From an uncultured Phycisphaerales bacterium (GTDB taxonomy: Bacteria > Planctomycetota > Phycisphaerae > Tepidisphaerales > Tepidisphaeraceae): a stretch of 64,000 nucleotides of DNA. Below the pieces are notes generated by a model. That model worked only from the letters and a program-made list of their open reading frames with translations, was not told the DNA's origin and ran no database searches. Shown piece by piece: positions 49,249 through 62,814 of the stretch (its first letter is position 1; every line of letters begins with the position of its first letter). The stretch is from positions 3,072,001-3,136,000 of the forward strand of contig CAVWLP010000002.1 in assembly GCA_963755915.1 (NCBI GenBank), read 5' to 3'. Both the position numbers and the translations under genes were made by a program.

Positions 49249-52200
49249 TCACCTATCGCTCACCGCCTGCGCCCATATCTCGATCGGATGCAGCGCCCGC
49301 AGCTTAACCCCATCGTGAATCTGATGGCGGCAACTCGTGCCCGCGCGCAAATCATTGACGTCGGCTCCGTGCCCCGGATAGCTGGCAGAAGCGATAGCTC
49401 GGCGATCTTCATCGAGAGATCGTAGCGGTCGCCACTGAACCCGAACGAACCCGCCATACCGCAGCAGCCGGTTGCCAGAACGGTTGTCGAGGCGATTCTG
49501 CGCAGCGAGGCAGCGCACTCCGCCTCGCCCCACAGCGCTTTCTGATGGCAATGGGCGTGCAGCAGAATAGCGGGAATCGATCCCCTGATTGCCGGGCGAC
49601 GGGGATGGGAGTCCCAATGCCGGTTCAGGAAGTCCTCGACCGGCATCGATTTTTCCGCAAGGCGCTTGCGATCGGAAAGCGGGGTCTCGAGCTTGAGGTT
49701 CAGCCAGTCGTCCTTCACCGCGCTCAGGCAAGACGGCTCCAGAAAAAGAATCGCCTCGACGCCGTCGCCGTCGAGACATTTGAGAAGCCCCCGTGCAGTG
49801 GCATCCGCTTTTTGGACCGCGGATTCAAGCAGCCCCATGGAGATCGCCGGCCGCCCACAGCATCCAACCCGCGGCAAAACCACTTCATAGCCAAAAGCCT
49901 CCAGCACACCCACCGCCGCCCGCCCGATCTGCGACTCATTAAAACCCGTGAAGCAGTCTTCAAACAGAGCAACCCGGCGCGGCGATTCGGATGGACGACC
50001 TGCCGGCGCCCGTTTCTCCAGCCACCCCCGAAGCGACCGACCAAATGGCGGAAGCGATCGCCGTGGATGCAGTCCAAGCACCCGATTCGCCATCGCGCGC
50101 ATTGGCGGGAATCCTGAGAGCCAATTTGCCATCGATGGCGCGATAGATCCCATCGAATTAAGCAGGCGGCACATTTGCGAACAGCCGATCGCGAAGCTTC
50201 GGCGGCGTTGTCCGATACCGTTGTGCCGTATACTCAGCCTTGAGCCGCGCGATATCCACGTTGCTCGGGCACTCGCTCTTGCAGGCCTTGCAGCTAAGAC
50301 ACAGATGCAGCGTCTCAATTGTGCCCGGATCATCCCAGGATGGAGCGGCCGACTGTGAAAACTGCCCGGTGATCGCGAGCCGCAGCGCATTTCCGCGCCC
50401 GCGGGTGGTGTGCCGTTCGTCGAGCGTCGCGCGGTAGCTGGGGCACATCGTTCCCCCCGAAGTCTTCCGGCAAACGCCCGCGCCGTTGCACAGCTCTATG
50501 GCCGATGAGAATCCACCCTGGTCGGAAAAATCGAAATAGGTGTCGACCGAGTCGAGCTGTGCCGAAAGTTTTTGCCGATCGATCCGCAGATTTTCCGAGA
50601 TCGATTGCACGGGGCCGGGATCTACGATGTTTCCCGGATTCAGCAGGTTTTGCGGGTCGAAGACCTTTTTCACTTCCCGGAACGCGGAAATAAGTTCCTG
50701 CCCGTAAAAATGCTCGAGCAGCGGCCCCCTCGCCCGCCCGTCCCCATGCTCGCAGCTCATCACACCGCCGCATTCACGAGCCAGGTCGGCAACCTCCAGG
50801 GCGATCGCCCGCATCGCGTCCCGTCCTGATTGCTGGTGAAGATCGATCAGCGGACGAACGTGCAGCACCCCCACGGAGGCATGCGCATAGTAAGCGGCGG
50901 TGGTCCCGTGGCGTTTGACGATCTGCTCAAATCGCCGCACGAATTCCGAAAGCCGGTCGACAGGGACTGCGTTGTCTTCGACAAACGTATGCGGCTTACG
51001 CGGATCGTGCGCTCCGCCCCCAACCTGGTGCAGCAGCGGCTCCGCGGCCTTTCGTAATGCCCAGAGGCTCGCGATGGGGGCAGGATCGGTATAGCAAAGA
51101 ATCTCGCTTGCCGAACGACTCAGTTCCTGAAGTTTATCAAAATCGGCCTGAAGGTCTGCCGCGGTTCCCGCCGTTTCGTATTCCACATAGAGGACGGCTT
51201 TCGGATGCACCGTACCGGATTTGGACAAAAGCGGCAGATAGTTTCTGCACTCATTGTTTCCTGCCGCCGCGTCGAGAACGACATCATCCAGAAGCTCAAC
51301 CGCCGACGGCCCGGTCGTGAGGATTGAGGCGACGCGATCGATGGCCGCCTGCACCGAAGAAAAAGTCACCACCGCCAATCCGCGCACAGCCGGTACTGGT
51401 TGCAAGCGCAAAACGGCGGAAAGAACCACCGCCAGCGTTCCCTCGCTCCCGCAGATCAGGCCCGAAAGGTCGAGGCGATCGTCAGGCACACCGCTGTCGA
51501 TCTGCCGCAGAATCAGATCGAGCCCATACCCCGCGTTTCTGCGGACGGTTTTCGGAAATCGCTCGCGGATCTGCGGTGCATATTTCTTTGCAATCGCGGC
51601 GATTTCCCGCGAGAGTTGCTGAACATTTGGGTCGGACGCGGCTGATTGAGCGGAGAAAGTCGCGCGCCGGCCGCTGGCAAGGAGAACGTCAATCGCCGCA
51701 AGGTTTTCACTGGTTCGCTTGTATTTGACCGACCGCGCGCCGGCCGCATTGTTTCCGATGCATCCGCCGAGGGTGCACTGTGCCTGGCTCGCTGGATCGG
51801 GAGCGAAAAAGAGCCCGCACTTCCGCGACGAAAGATAACGGTTGATCTCCTCGATCGTCGCGCCTGCCAGCGCCCGAACCGATCGTTCGCCCGGCGACAG
51901 TCCCTCGATCTTCCGCATATGCGGCGAGAGGTCCATCACAAGCGCTCGATTCGTGCATTGCCCTGCGAGGCTTGTTCCCCCGCCGCGCGGCAATATGGGC
52001 ACCTGGAGCTTCAGGCACGATTCGACGACAAGCTGCACGTCGGCCTCATCGGCCGGCGCGATTACCCCCAGGGGCATCACCTGATATATCGAGGCATCCG
52101 TCGAATAGAGGGCCCGATCATGATCCGAAAACCTGATTTCGCCCCGAAATCGCTCGGCAAGGGCCCGTTTCAATTCGTCGAGGCGCGATTGCTCGGCATT

Positions 52201-52257
52201 GGAAAGAACGGGCAGTTCGAGCCGGCGACTTTGGGATGTTTGGACACTTATGGACAT
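49249..52257 (-). CDS. FAD-linked oxidase/Fe-S fusion (YdiJ/GlcD-GlcF-like 2-hydroxyacid dehydrogenase); frameshifts near 50170 and 49340
   Basis: YSTDASIY, PRGGGTSLAGQ, GSEGTL, EHGDG, CNGAGVC, CLSCKACKSECP, HAHCHQ, CCGMAGSFG and GTSCRHQI. Confidence 0.9.
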
Positions 52258-52274
52258 TATGGTACTATCTCTCC

Positions 52275-53030
52275 ATGATTGTTCAAGAGCGTCACAGCGC
52301 GATCATGCGGGTGCTTCGCCGCCGCCGGCGCCTGCCTTATGCCCGTCTGCAGCGGGAGCTTGGCGTCTCGCGTTCGACGCTCCGCCGCGATTTGCTCGAG
52401 CTGGAACATCTGGGCGAAATCGTCCGCCGCCGCGGGCTGGTCCTTCATGCCGACTATCTTAAGGGAGAACCCTCGTTTGATCGCCGCCGCGCCAGGCGCG
52501 TCGAGGAAAAGCAGGCGATTGCCCGCATCGCCGCCGCGCTTGTCCCACCCAATTCCAGCGTCTACGTCGACGCGGGCACAACTTGCCTGGAAGTGGCCAA
52601 AGTGTTGCTGACGCGCCGCGACCTGAAAATCTTCACGCATTCCATCCGCATTCTATCCGGCGCCGTCTCCAGCGACGCCTCTATTTTTTGCGTCGGCGGG
52701 GAATACCGCCCGGTGTCCGATGCAGTGGTAGGGGGGCTGGCAGCCGCGTGGCTCGATCAGCTCCATTTCGACATCTGCTTCGTGGCCGCTTCGGGTCTGA
52801 ACGCCGAGGGTCTGTTTACGACCGAGCTTACCGAAACCGTCATCAAGCAGCAGATTCTGCGCCGCAGCGATCGGCGCGTGCTGGTCGCCGACAGCGAAAA
52901 ATGGGATGCACCCGCCGCCGTCCGATTTGACGACTGGTCCCGAATCACCGACTTTGTCTCCGACTCGCAGCTTTCCTCCTCGGCCCGACGAATCGTTCGA
53001 TCGCAATCCGTTCAACTTCATCTTTCATAA
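52275..53030 (+). CDS. DeoR/GlpR-family regulator
   Basis: GVSRSTLRRDLLEL HTH, EKQAIA, VDAGTT, VGGEYR and VADSEK. Confidence 0.92.
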   Translation: MIVQERHSAIMRVLRRRRRLPYARLQRELGVSRSTLRRDLLELEHLGEIVRRRGLVLHADYLKGEPSFDRRRARRVEEKQAIARIAAALVPPNSSVYVDAGTTCLEVAKVLLTRRDLKIFTHSIRILSGAVSSDASIFCVGGEYRPVSDAVVGGLAAAWLDQLHFDICFVAASGLNAEGLFTTELTETVIKQQILRRSDRRVLVADSEKWDAPAAVRFDDWSRITDFVSDSQLSSSARRIVRSQSVQLHLS

Positions 53031-53043
53031 AACGCAGGACGAT

Positions 53044-53880
53044 ATGAAATCATTCAGACTAAACCGCCTCTTCAACGCCCGGTCGCAAAAATGTTTCGAT
53101 GTCGCCGTCGATCATGGCTTCTTCGACGATGTCTCGTTCCTTGCCGGAATCGAGAATCTCGAGCAGGCCGTGCGCACGCTGGTCGAGGCAGGCCCCGACG
53201 CCATCCAGCTCACGCAGGGCCAGGCCCATCTGCTTCAATCGATTCCCGGAAAGCAGAAGCCGGCTTTGGTGTTGCGCGTCGATACCGCCAACATCTACGG
53301 AAAGACGTTGCCGGACGTCCGCTACAACACCACAATCGCCGACCCGATCGAAACCGCCGTGCGAATGGACGCCTCGTGCATCTGCATCAATCTTTTCAAG
53401 GTCCCCGGCGCTCCTGAAATTCAGCAGCAGTGCGTCGAGAATATTCTTTCGGTCATCCCACAGGCCCACCGCTACGGAATGCCGGTCATGATCGAGCCGC
53501 TCGTCGCCCGCGATTACGCCTCCAGCGGCGGATACATGGTGGACGGCGACGCCAAAAAAATCATCCCGCTTGTCCGCCAAGCGGTGGAACTCGGCGCCGA
53601 CGTGATAAAGGCCGACCCAACCGAAAACGTCGCCGACTATCCGCGCGTTGTCGAAGTCGCCGGCCGGATTCCGATCCTCGTCCGCGGCGGTGGAAAAGTG
53701 AGCGACGAGGAAATCCTCAATCGCACCGAAGCCCTTTTGAAAACGGGAATCAAGGGAATTGTTTACGGCCGCAACGTCATTCAGCACCGCGACCCGGCCG
53801 GCATCACCAAGGCGCTGATGTCGATGGTTCACGAGAACGCAACGGCCAGGGACGCGATCAAATTCATCAAGCAGCACTGA
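53044..53880 (+). CDS. Class I aldolase, DhnA/LsrF family
   Basis: VAVDHG, MIEPL, ELGADVIK (Schiff-base Lys), RGG and YGRNVIQ. Confidence 0.9.
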   Translation: MKSFRLNRLFNARSQKCFDVAVDHGFFDDVSFLAGIENLEQAVRTLVEAGPDAIQLTQGQAHLLQSIPGKQKPALVLRVDTANIYGKTLPDVRYNTTIADPIETAVRMDASCICINLFKVPGAPEIQQQCVENILSVIPQAHRYGMPVMIEPLVARDYASSGGYMVDGDAKKIIPLVRQAVELGADVIKADPTENVADYPRVVEVAGRIPILVRGGGKVSDEEILNRTEALLKTGIKGIVYGRNVIQHRDPAGITKALMSMVHENATARDAIKFIKQH

Positions 53881-53887
53881 AGACGAT

Positions 53888-55039
53888 ATGTCGCAAAAGA
53901 TCATCCGATTCGGCGTGATTGGTTGCGGCCTGATGGGCCGCGAGTTCGCCTCAGCCTGCGCGCGCTGGTGCCATCTTTCCGAGCCGGATTTCGCTCCGCG
54001 CATCGTCGCCGCCTGCGATTCCAATTCAGCCGCGATCGACTGGTTCAAAACCAGGCTTCCCGCGGTACAGCAGACCAGCGCCGACTACCGCGACCTATTG
54101 GCCGCCAAAGATATCGACGCGATTTACTGCGCCGTTCCCCACAATCTTCACGCCGATCTCTATTGCGACATCATCAATTCCGGCAAACACCTCATGGGCG
54201 AAAAGCCGTTCGGCATCGATAAGGCCGCCTGCGTTAAAATCCTCGGGGCGATCAAGGCAAACCCCAAAGTCCTGGTCCGGTGCAGCAGTGAAATGCCCTT
54301 CTATCCGGGCGGCTATTTCATCGGCAAGCTGGCCGCCGACGACCAATTCGGCCGCATCATGGAAGTCGAAAGCGGCCTTTGGCACAGCTCCGACCTCAAT
54401 CCCCAAAAGCCAATCAACTGGAAGCGCCAAAAGCAATTCTGCGGCGAATATGGCTGCCTAGGCGACCTCGGCATGCACGCCCTGCACCTTCCCCTGCGCC
54501 TCGGCTGGAAACCGTCGCAGGTGAGCGCCTCACTTCTGAAAATCGTCGATTCGCGCCCCAATGGAAAAGGGGGCCACGTTCCCTGCGACACTTGGGACAA
54601 CGGCACGCTGCAATGCCGCGTGCGCCACCAGCAGGGCTATGATTTCCAGATGCACATAAGCGCCAAGCGAATCGCTCCCGGGCACAACAATACCTGGTTC
54701 ATCCGCGTCTACGGCACGAAAATGTCGGCTGAATTCTCCACCAAAAACCCCAAAGAGGTTCGCATCTTGCGTTACGAGGCCGGCGGGCCCCAGGCCTGGG
54801 AAGTCAAAGACGTCGGCTGGGATTCGGCTTATAAGGGAATCACCGGAGAAATATTCGAATTTGGTTTCAGCGATACGATGCTGATGATGTGGGCCGCCTT
54901 CTGCGATGAGCTGACGCATGGCCGGTCCGGGATGAAGCAGCGGTTTTATTGTGCGACCCCCGAAGAAGCCTGGACCCAGCACGAGATTTTCACGGCCGCG
55001 CTTCAGAGCCATCAGCAGTCGAGCACCGTCTCGATTTAA
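53888..55039 (+). CDS. Gfo/Idh/MocA oxidoreductase
   Basis: GVIGCGLMG, AVPHNLH, GKHLMGEKPFG and DLGMH. Confidence 0.92.
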   Translation: MSQKIIRFGVIGCGLMGREFASACARWCHLSEPDFAPRIVAACDSNSAAIDWFKTRLPAVQQTSADYRDLLAAKDIDAIYCAVPHNLHADLYCDIINSGKHLMGEKPFGIDKAACVKILGAIKANPKVLVRCSSEMPFYPGGYFIGKLAADDQFGRIMEVESGLWHSSDLNPQKPINWKRQKQFCGEYGCLGDLGMHALHLPLRLGWKPSQVSASLLKIVDSRPNGKGGHVPCDTWDNGTLQCRVRHQQGYDFQMHISAKRIAPGHNNTWFIRVYGTKMSAEFSTKNPKEVRILRYEAGGPQAWEVKDVGWDSAYKGITGEIFEFGFSDTMLMMWAAFCDELTHGRSGMKQRFYCATPEEAWTQHEIFTAALQSHQQSSTVSI

Positions 55040-55061
55040 AACAGGCGATTGGAATCGCTTC

Positions 55062-57540
<2,479 letters not shown>

Positions 57541-57557
57541 CGATTCGCTCCTTGCGG

Positions 57558-58214
57558 CTAGATAATGGTCAGCGTCTCGATCACCCGCACGGCATAATCT
57601 CCGCCGTGGCGCTCATTGCTCGTCCCCTGGTCCTCGGAAAGGTGTGTGCCAGCGCGAATCGTGATCTTTTTCGGATAGGGGGGCCCGACGCGAAAATTCG
57701 CCACGTTCTCGTAAAACCCCATGTAATAACCGCCATAATATCCATCAGTGAGTTTCTTCAAACAGTCCGCGGCGTTTTTCATATCGCCACCGCTGACGGC
57801 TTTGAACGTCAGCCCCTGAAACATTCCCATCATCAGCTGCGAATAGATGCTCGGATGGGTGCCGTGCAGATTATCGATCCGCTGACGCTTGACGAGCTGG
57901 TCTTTCATATTGTCAATCGTTTCGCCGTCGTCCCACCACTCACAGATATTAAAGCCCTTGGGCACGCATCCGCTCCCCACCACGATTGCTCCCACGATCG
58001 GCCGGGTTTCCTCAATCGTAATGAAGCCGTCCATCGACTTCAGCTCGATGCCTTTCGTGGGATCGATTTCATAAAAATTTCCGGCGGTGACGTTTGGATA
58101 AATAAACGGCGTCGAATAGGCCCGCCGCTCCGTCTTGATGACCTGCGCCTCGCGTGGCGGCCCAAACTGCTTCAACTGCTCCGGTGTAAAACCTTTAAAG
58201 AGTGGTAACGGCAT
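57558..58214 (-). CDS. Hypothetical protein, 218 aa, no recognised family
   Basis: Strong SD AAGGAG, operon-like spacing on both sides and protein-like composition. Confidence 0.8.
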   Translation of the reverse strand: MPLPLFKGFTPEQLKQFGPPREAQVIKTERRAYSTPFIYPNVTAGNFYEIDPTKGIELKSMDGFITIEETRPIVGAIVVGSGCVPKGFNICEWWDDGETIDNMKDQLVKRQRIDNLHGTHPSIYSQLMMGMFQGLTFKAVSGGDMKNAADCLKKLTDGYYGGYYMGFYENVANFRVGPPYPKKITIRAGTHLSEDQGTSNERHGGDYAVRVIETLTII

Positions 58215-58235
58215 CGAATTCTCCTTGGTGTTAAT

Positions 58236-58571
58236 TCAAAGCAACGGCCAGTAATCCGTCTCGGCCTCAATGGAGACGCCCACGTCGCCAAGGGATTTGC
58301 CCTTCGGCGAGTCGAGCACGGACAAAAGATCAAACTCAAACGGCTTCGGTGTCTTATCCAAAATGAAAATCGGCTTCGCGTCTTTCGGCACATCGACGGC
58401 GAAAAACATCCGGCACGGCTCGATAACCGAGGTGAATTTCACCTCATGCTGCTTGAGGTTGTACTCTCCCCATCCCTGGCTAATGAGTCCATTTACCAGC
58501 GAGGCATTTTGAACGCTGAAATGCCCGGTCGGGGGAGCAAGCTTCCAATCGATCTGAATATTCACGCGCAT
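58236..58571 (-). CDS. Hypothetical protein, 111 aa, no recognised family
   Basis: Start overlaps the 3' end of the AKR gene and the ORF fills the operon gap. Confidence 0.72.
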   Translation of the reverse strand: MRVNIQIDWKLAPPTGHFSVQNASLVNGLISQGWGEYNLKQHEVKFTSVIEPCRMFFAVDVPKDAKPIFILDKTPKPFEFDLLSVLDSPKGKSLGDVGVSIEAETDYWPLL

Positions 58572-59528
58572 TTTTCACCTGGGGTATGTTCCACGAGTAT
58601 CTCTTCGAGCCGATGTAGTTCGTCGCCTGAAAGTTCCACGTCGCACGCCTTCACATTTTCATCGATCTGCGACGGGTTCTGGGCGCCGATGATGCAGCTG
58701 GTAATTTCGCTTCGACGCAGAATCCAGGCGAGCGCAATCTGGCTTGCGTTAATGTTCCTCTCCTTCGCAAAACTCTTCAGAGCATCCGCGATCCGAATAT
58801 TAGCTGGCGTAAAATATCGCCTCTGCCACTGCTCCGGCGCAAACCCCACGCTCGAGCCCTTCACGATTTCGCTTGAGCGATATTTGCCCGTAAGCAATCC
58901 CCGCGCAAGCGGCGAATAGACGATCACGCCCACGCCCTCTCTTGCGCAAAGCGGAAGCAGCTCTTGTTCTATTTCGCGCCAGCATGTGATAGCAGGATTG
59001 AATGCAATCAAATCGCGATCTCCCGCTGGCGCGAGCGACATGATTCGCATCGCAAAGCTGCGCCGCCGAAAAATTCGAGCATCCCACGTAGAGCACTTTC
59101 CCCTGTTTCACGAGCAAATCATACGCCGCCATCGTCTCCTCGATCGGCGTCTCGTCGTCATATTTATGCGCCTGGTACAGATCGATATAGGTTACGCGAA
59201 GGCGTCGAAGCGACGCCTCCGCCGCCTCCACAATATGTTTCCGGCTCAGCCCCTGCCCCAGCGGCCCCGGCCAGACCGGAAACCAGCACTTCGTTGCGAT
59301 TACAACCTGCTCGCGCGGCAAATCGCGCATCGCCTCCCCCAAAACCCGCTCCGTTTCTCCGCGCTCATACGCATCGGCCGTGTCGAACAGGTTGATCCCC
59401 AGCTCAAACGCCCGGCGGATGCACGCGATCCCAACATCGGTGGGCGAATTCTCAGGATACAGAATCGCGCTCCCGAGCGCAATCTCTGAAACCTTCAAAC
59501 CCGTTTTTCCCATTCGGCGGTATTGCAT
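58562..59528 (-). CDS. Aldo/keto reductase (Tas/YajO-like), frameshifted near 58975
   Basis: GLKVSEIALG, FDTADAY, IATK, IDLYQAH and GKVLYVGCSN; then REIEQELLP...YSPLARGLLTGKY in the second frame. Confidence 0.9.
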
Positions 59529-59535
59529 GGCCCAA

Positions 59536-60531
59536 TCACCAGTCCAAAATCACTCCCATAACGGATGGATCCCGGCTCTCGATCAGCTTCCACGCCTCCG
59601 CCGCCTTGCTCACCGGAAAACGATGCGTAATCAACGGAAGCGTTTTGAGCGTACCATCCGCGATCGCCGCGATCGTGGCGTCCATCCGTCCCGGCGTCAG
59701 GCTTGCGACGGAATCCAGCGAAATCTCCGAATCTCTGAGCGACTGAAGCGAAATTCGATCGTCCGTCCCGCAGAATCCCGCCGACACGATGTGCCCGAAG
59801 TGCTTCAGCAGCGGAATAAGCGATTCGGTTGCGTCCGGCGATCCGACCGTGTCCACACCGACGGCAAGGTTATTTCCCGCAAGCTCTCGCACCCGCGCTT
59901 TCCAATCTGAGTCGCCTGCATTGATGGTGTGACATCCAATAATCTTTCGGGCCATCTCGAGGCGCTGATTTCGCCGCCCGACGACAATGACATTCGCCTT
60001 TCGCGCCGCCAGTGTCTGTGCCGACCATTGCCCGACCTGTCCATCGCCAATTACCACGGCCCATTCGCGGGCCTCAATGGGCGCCCGCGCGCCGCAGTTA
60101 TATCCAACCTGCGTCAACACCAACCCCGCAAACGCCAATGCCTCCGGACGCGCCGGAAGCTTGTAGATCAAATTGCGCGGCGTAACCGATGGCGAAACAT
60201 GGCCGCCAAACGGCTGAAACATGTCCAGCACTCGCCCGGCGACGCAGAAAACCGTTTCGCCGCGCGATAAGTCTTTGACGTTTTCCCCAACCCATTCTAC
60301 CACGCCGATTTTCTGATACCCCGCCACGATCGGAAACGGCATTCGATCCCCCGGCCGATAGGCTGTGTCTCCGGCCGTGCGCTCCCCGCGCAAAAATGAT
60401 CCCTCTGTCCCGTTGCTAATCCAGGAATGCGTCACCCGAATAACGGCATCCTTCGGCCCTGGCTCCGGACACTGCACGCTTTTGTATTCAACAGTGTTCG
60501 CCATTGTGAATACCACGGCGCTGGCGTTCAT
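59536..60531 (-). CDS. MDR / zinc-binding-dehydrogenase-like oxidoreductase (S-x-I-S-x-G-T-E type, no catalytic Cys)
   Basis: SWISNGTE, FPIVAGY, VIGDGQVG Rossmann motif and LITHRFP. Confidence 0.85.
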   Translation of the reverse strand: MNASAVVFTMANTVEYKSVQCPEPGPKDAVIRVTHSWISNGTEGSFLRGERTAGDTAYRPGDRMPFPIVAGYQKIGVVEWVGENVKDLSRGETVFCVAGRVLDMFQPFGGHVSPSVTPRNLIYKLPARPEALAFAGLVLTQVGYNCGARAPIEAREWAVVIGDGQVGQWSAQTLAARKANVIVVGRRNQRLEMARKIIGCHTINAGDSDWKARVRELAGNNLAVGVDTVGSPDATESLIPLLKHFGHIVSAGFCGTDDRISLQSLRDSEISLDSVASLTPGRMDATIAAIADGTLKTLPLITHRFPVSKAAEAWKLIESRDPSVMGVILDW

Positions 60532-61322
60532 CGCGAATGCCCCTTGCTTCCCGGCGATGTCATCAGTCGCCGCACTTTTTCCAGGTCGCTGCGGATTTCC
60601 TTCTCATCGTCGGCGAATGTTTCCAGCATGACCCATGCGTCGTATTTGATGTCGTGAATTGCCTTCATCGCCGCTTCGAGGTTAAGCTTTCCTTTGCCTA
60701 GGTGCAGTGCGCCGAGTTTATCGAGCGAATCTTTTACGTGAAGCGCAATAATGCGCGACCCGAGCGTGCGAACCTCTTCAGCCGGATCAAAACCCAGCGC
60801 GACGGCATTTCCCAAATCGTAATAGATTCCCACTTGCCTCGAATTTATCCGATCCACAAGCGCTGCGAACTCGCGGGCCGGCAACGGCAGTTCCAGCGCA
60901 ATTGCCACCCCAAGTTTTTGTGCAATCGGTTCGACGGCCTTCACGACCGAGGCGAGATTCTCCCGCTTTTCTTCCGTATCGGGATTCGAAACGAGAAACC
61001 CACAAAGGAGCATGATCTTCGCGCCGACGGCGGAGGAAAACCGCAGCGACCGAGAGATAATTTGGACAGATGTTTCTTTCCCGGACTTATCGATGAGCGA
61101 GGAATCGCCATTAAAAAGTGCAAGCGCGACCGACGGCACTTGCACGCCCAGCTTATTCGCCGCGTCGCGGAATCGTGTCGTTTCAGTCTCGGACCAGCGC
61201 AAAAACTCGGACCCCGCGTCGATGATGACCGGCTCAACGCCCGCAACGCCGAACTTCGCGGCAGCTTCGGTAAACCCGCGCCCGTCGGCGCTCGCCGCGT
61301 ACTGTGTTAGTCCGAGTTTCAC
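60528..61322 (-). CDS. Sugar phosphate isomerase/epimerase (AP_endonuc_2 TIM barrel)
   Basis: IALE, YYDLGN, LHVKD, HLGKG and VMLET. Confidence 0.88.
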   Translation of the reverse strand: MKLGLTQYAASADGRGFTEAAAKFGVAGVEPVIIDAGSEFLRWSETETTRFRDAANKLGVQVPSVALALFNGDSSLIDKSGKETSVQIISRSLRFSSAVGAKIMLLCGFLVSNPDTEEKRENLASVVKAVEPIAQKLGVAIALELPLPAREFAALVDRINSRQVGIYYDLGNAVALGFDPAEEVRTLGSRIIALHVKDSLDKLGALHLGKGKLNLEAAMKAIHDIKYDAWVMLETFADDEKEIRSDLEKVRRLMTSPGSKGHSR

Positions 61323-61344
61323 CGCGACACCTCAAGGCAAAACT

Positions 61345-62580
61345 CTAAACACCCGCCGGCTCGCGCCGTTTCACGGTCGCCGCCATCGCATCGTCGCAGA
61401 TGTTCAGCGCCTCGTCGATGTCCGCCTCGTTATGCGAATAATTGACGAACGCCACGTGCCAGGGCGCAAAGAACAGCCCGCGCTTCACGCATTCGCGGAA
61501 GAATTGCTGATGTACCGGATTGTCAGAGCGGTTGCCTTCCCAGGGGTGCCAGGTAAACCGCGGCATGGAAGGCACCGGGTCTGCGTAGGCTTTGGCCTCT
61601 TCCATTCCCCAATCGAGGCAAATACGCTTCAGTCCGTCAATCAGCCGCTGCCCCATCTTGTAGAGGTGCGGCACGACCGGTTTCTCCCGAATCTCGCGCA
61701 GTGTCGCAATCGCCGCAGCGATCGACAGCGCCTCGACGAAAAACGTTCCCGACGTCGGAGTTCCGCTCCATTGCTCCATGTACTGCGCCTTCCCAACCAC
61801 CGCGGAGATCGGATAACCGTTCCCCAGTCCCTTCGACAGCGTTGTGAGGTCTGGTGTAACTTGCAGATATTCCTGGGCTCCGCCGGGCGCCACGCGAAAG
61901 CCGGTCTTGATCTCGTCAAACACCACGAGCGCCCCGTGCTTATGCGCAACATCCACGATGGCCTGGTAGTTCTCCGTGGTAAACGGCCGCGTATCCGCCG
62001 GGCAAAGAAACACCGCCGCAAACTGCTGCTTCGATTTCTTGAACAGGTCTTCAAGACCCTGTGCGCTTCCATCGAACGGCAATACGACTTCCCACGCCGC
62101 CCGATGCGTTCCACCTTCTTCGCCATTGCGCCAGAGGTCCGCCCACCCGTGATATCCGCACCGCGCAATATAAGTTCGCTTGGTCACGTGACGCGCCAGA
62201 CGCGCGGCGGCAACCGTCGCCTCGGTGCCCGTCTTGAGATATCGCACACGGTCCGCCGAAGGCACCATCTCCACCAGCACCTTCGCCAGCTCGACTTGAT
62301 TCGGATGGTTCGTCGACGACTGAAACGACTCGCGGATCGTCGCGATTGCCGCCTCATCCACCCGGTCGTAGGCGTATCCCAGGATGATCGGCCCGATGCT
62401 GCAAAGGAGGTCGAGGAACTCATTGCCGTCCACGTCCCACATCCGGCAGCCCTTGGCCCGCTCGAAGTAAATCGGGAAATCCGTATACAGCGGGGAACGG
62501 GTGCCCATCGTCCCGCCCGCGAAAACCTTCTTCGCTTCCTGGTAAATCTCGTTAGACCGTTTGAACTGCAAATTTTTCAT
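61345..62580 (-). CDS. Class III PLP aminotransferase (GSA-aminomutase-like)
   Basis: WDVDGNEFLD, KTGTEA, GYHGW, FDEIKTGFR, TLSKGLGNGYPIS and SGTF. Confidence 0.92.
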   Translation of the reverse strand: MKNLQFKRSNEIYQEAKKVFAGGTMGTRSPLYTDFPIYFERAKGCRMWDVDGNEFLDLLCSIGPIILGYAYDRVDEAAIATIRESFQSSTNHPNQVELAKVLVEMVPSADRVRYLKTGTEATVAAARLARHVTKRTYIARCGYHGWADLWRNGEEGGTHRAAWEVVLPFDGSAQGLEDLFKKSKQQFAAVFLCPADTRPFTTENYQAIVDVAHKHGALVVFDEIKTGFRVAPGGAQEYLQVTPDLTTLSKGLGNGYPISAVVGKAQYMEQWSGTPTSGTFFVEALSIAAAIATLREIREKPVVPHLYKMGQRLIDGLKRICLDWGMEEAKAYADPVPSMPRFTWHPWEGNRSDNPVHQQFFRECVKRGLFFAPWHVAFVNYSHNEADIDEALNICDDAMAATVKRREPAGV

Positions 62581-62736
62581 CGTTCCGCCATTTCAGGGGG
62601 GGGTCTGTACCTATGTGAATAACACTGTACCAATTCTAAACCACTTGATCCTCTTTAGCAACCGAAATGTTGATTTCAGCCTGAAACAATCGTTTTTCAG
62701 CCCTAAAACTGCGTAAAATCTCCGTTTTGGCCCGGT

Positions 62737-62760
62737 TTGTTCCTGTCTAAACAGGTACAA
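62737..62760. promoter_or_regulatory. Candidate GntR-family operator
   Basis: Imperfect palindrome ttgttcctgt-ctaa-acaggtacaa with core TGTCTAAACA. Related ctgtacc half-sites at ~62605 and ~62626. Confidence 0.5.
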
Positions 62761-62814
62761 CGCCTCCGTGGCTCACAAGTTCCGCCGGTGGTCCCGCGGC
62801 GGTTTGGCCCCGCA

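Noticed and set aside
61345-62580. hemL (tetrapyrrole GSA aminomutase)
   Set aside because: The context is sugar-modifying genes with no hem genes, so only the family-level call is supported.
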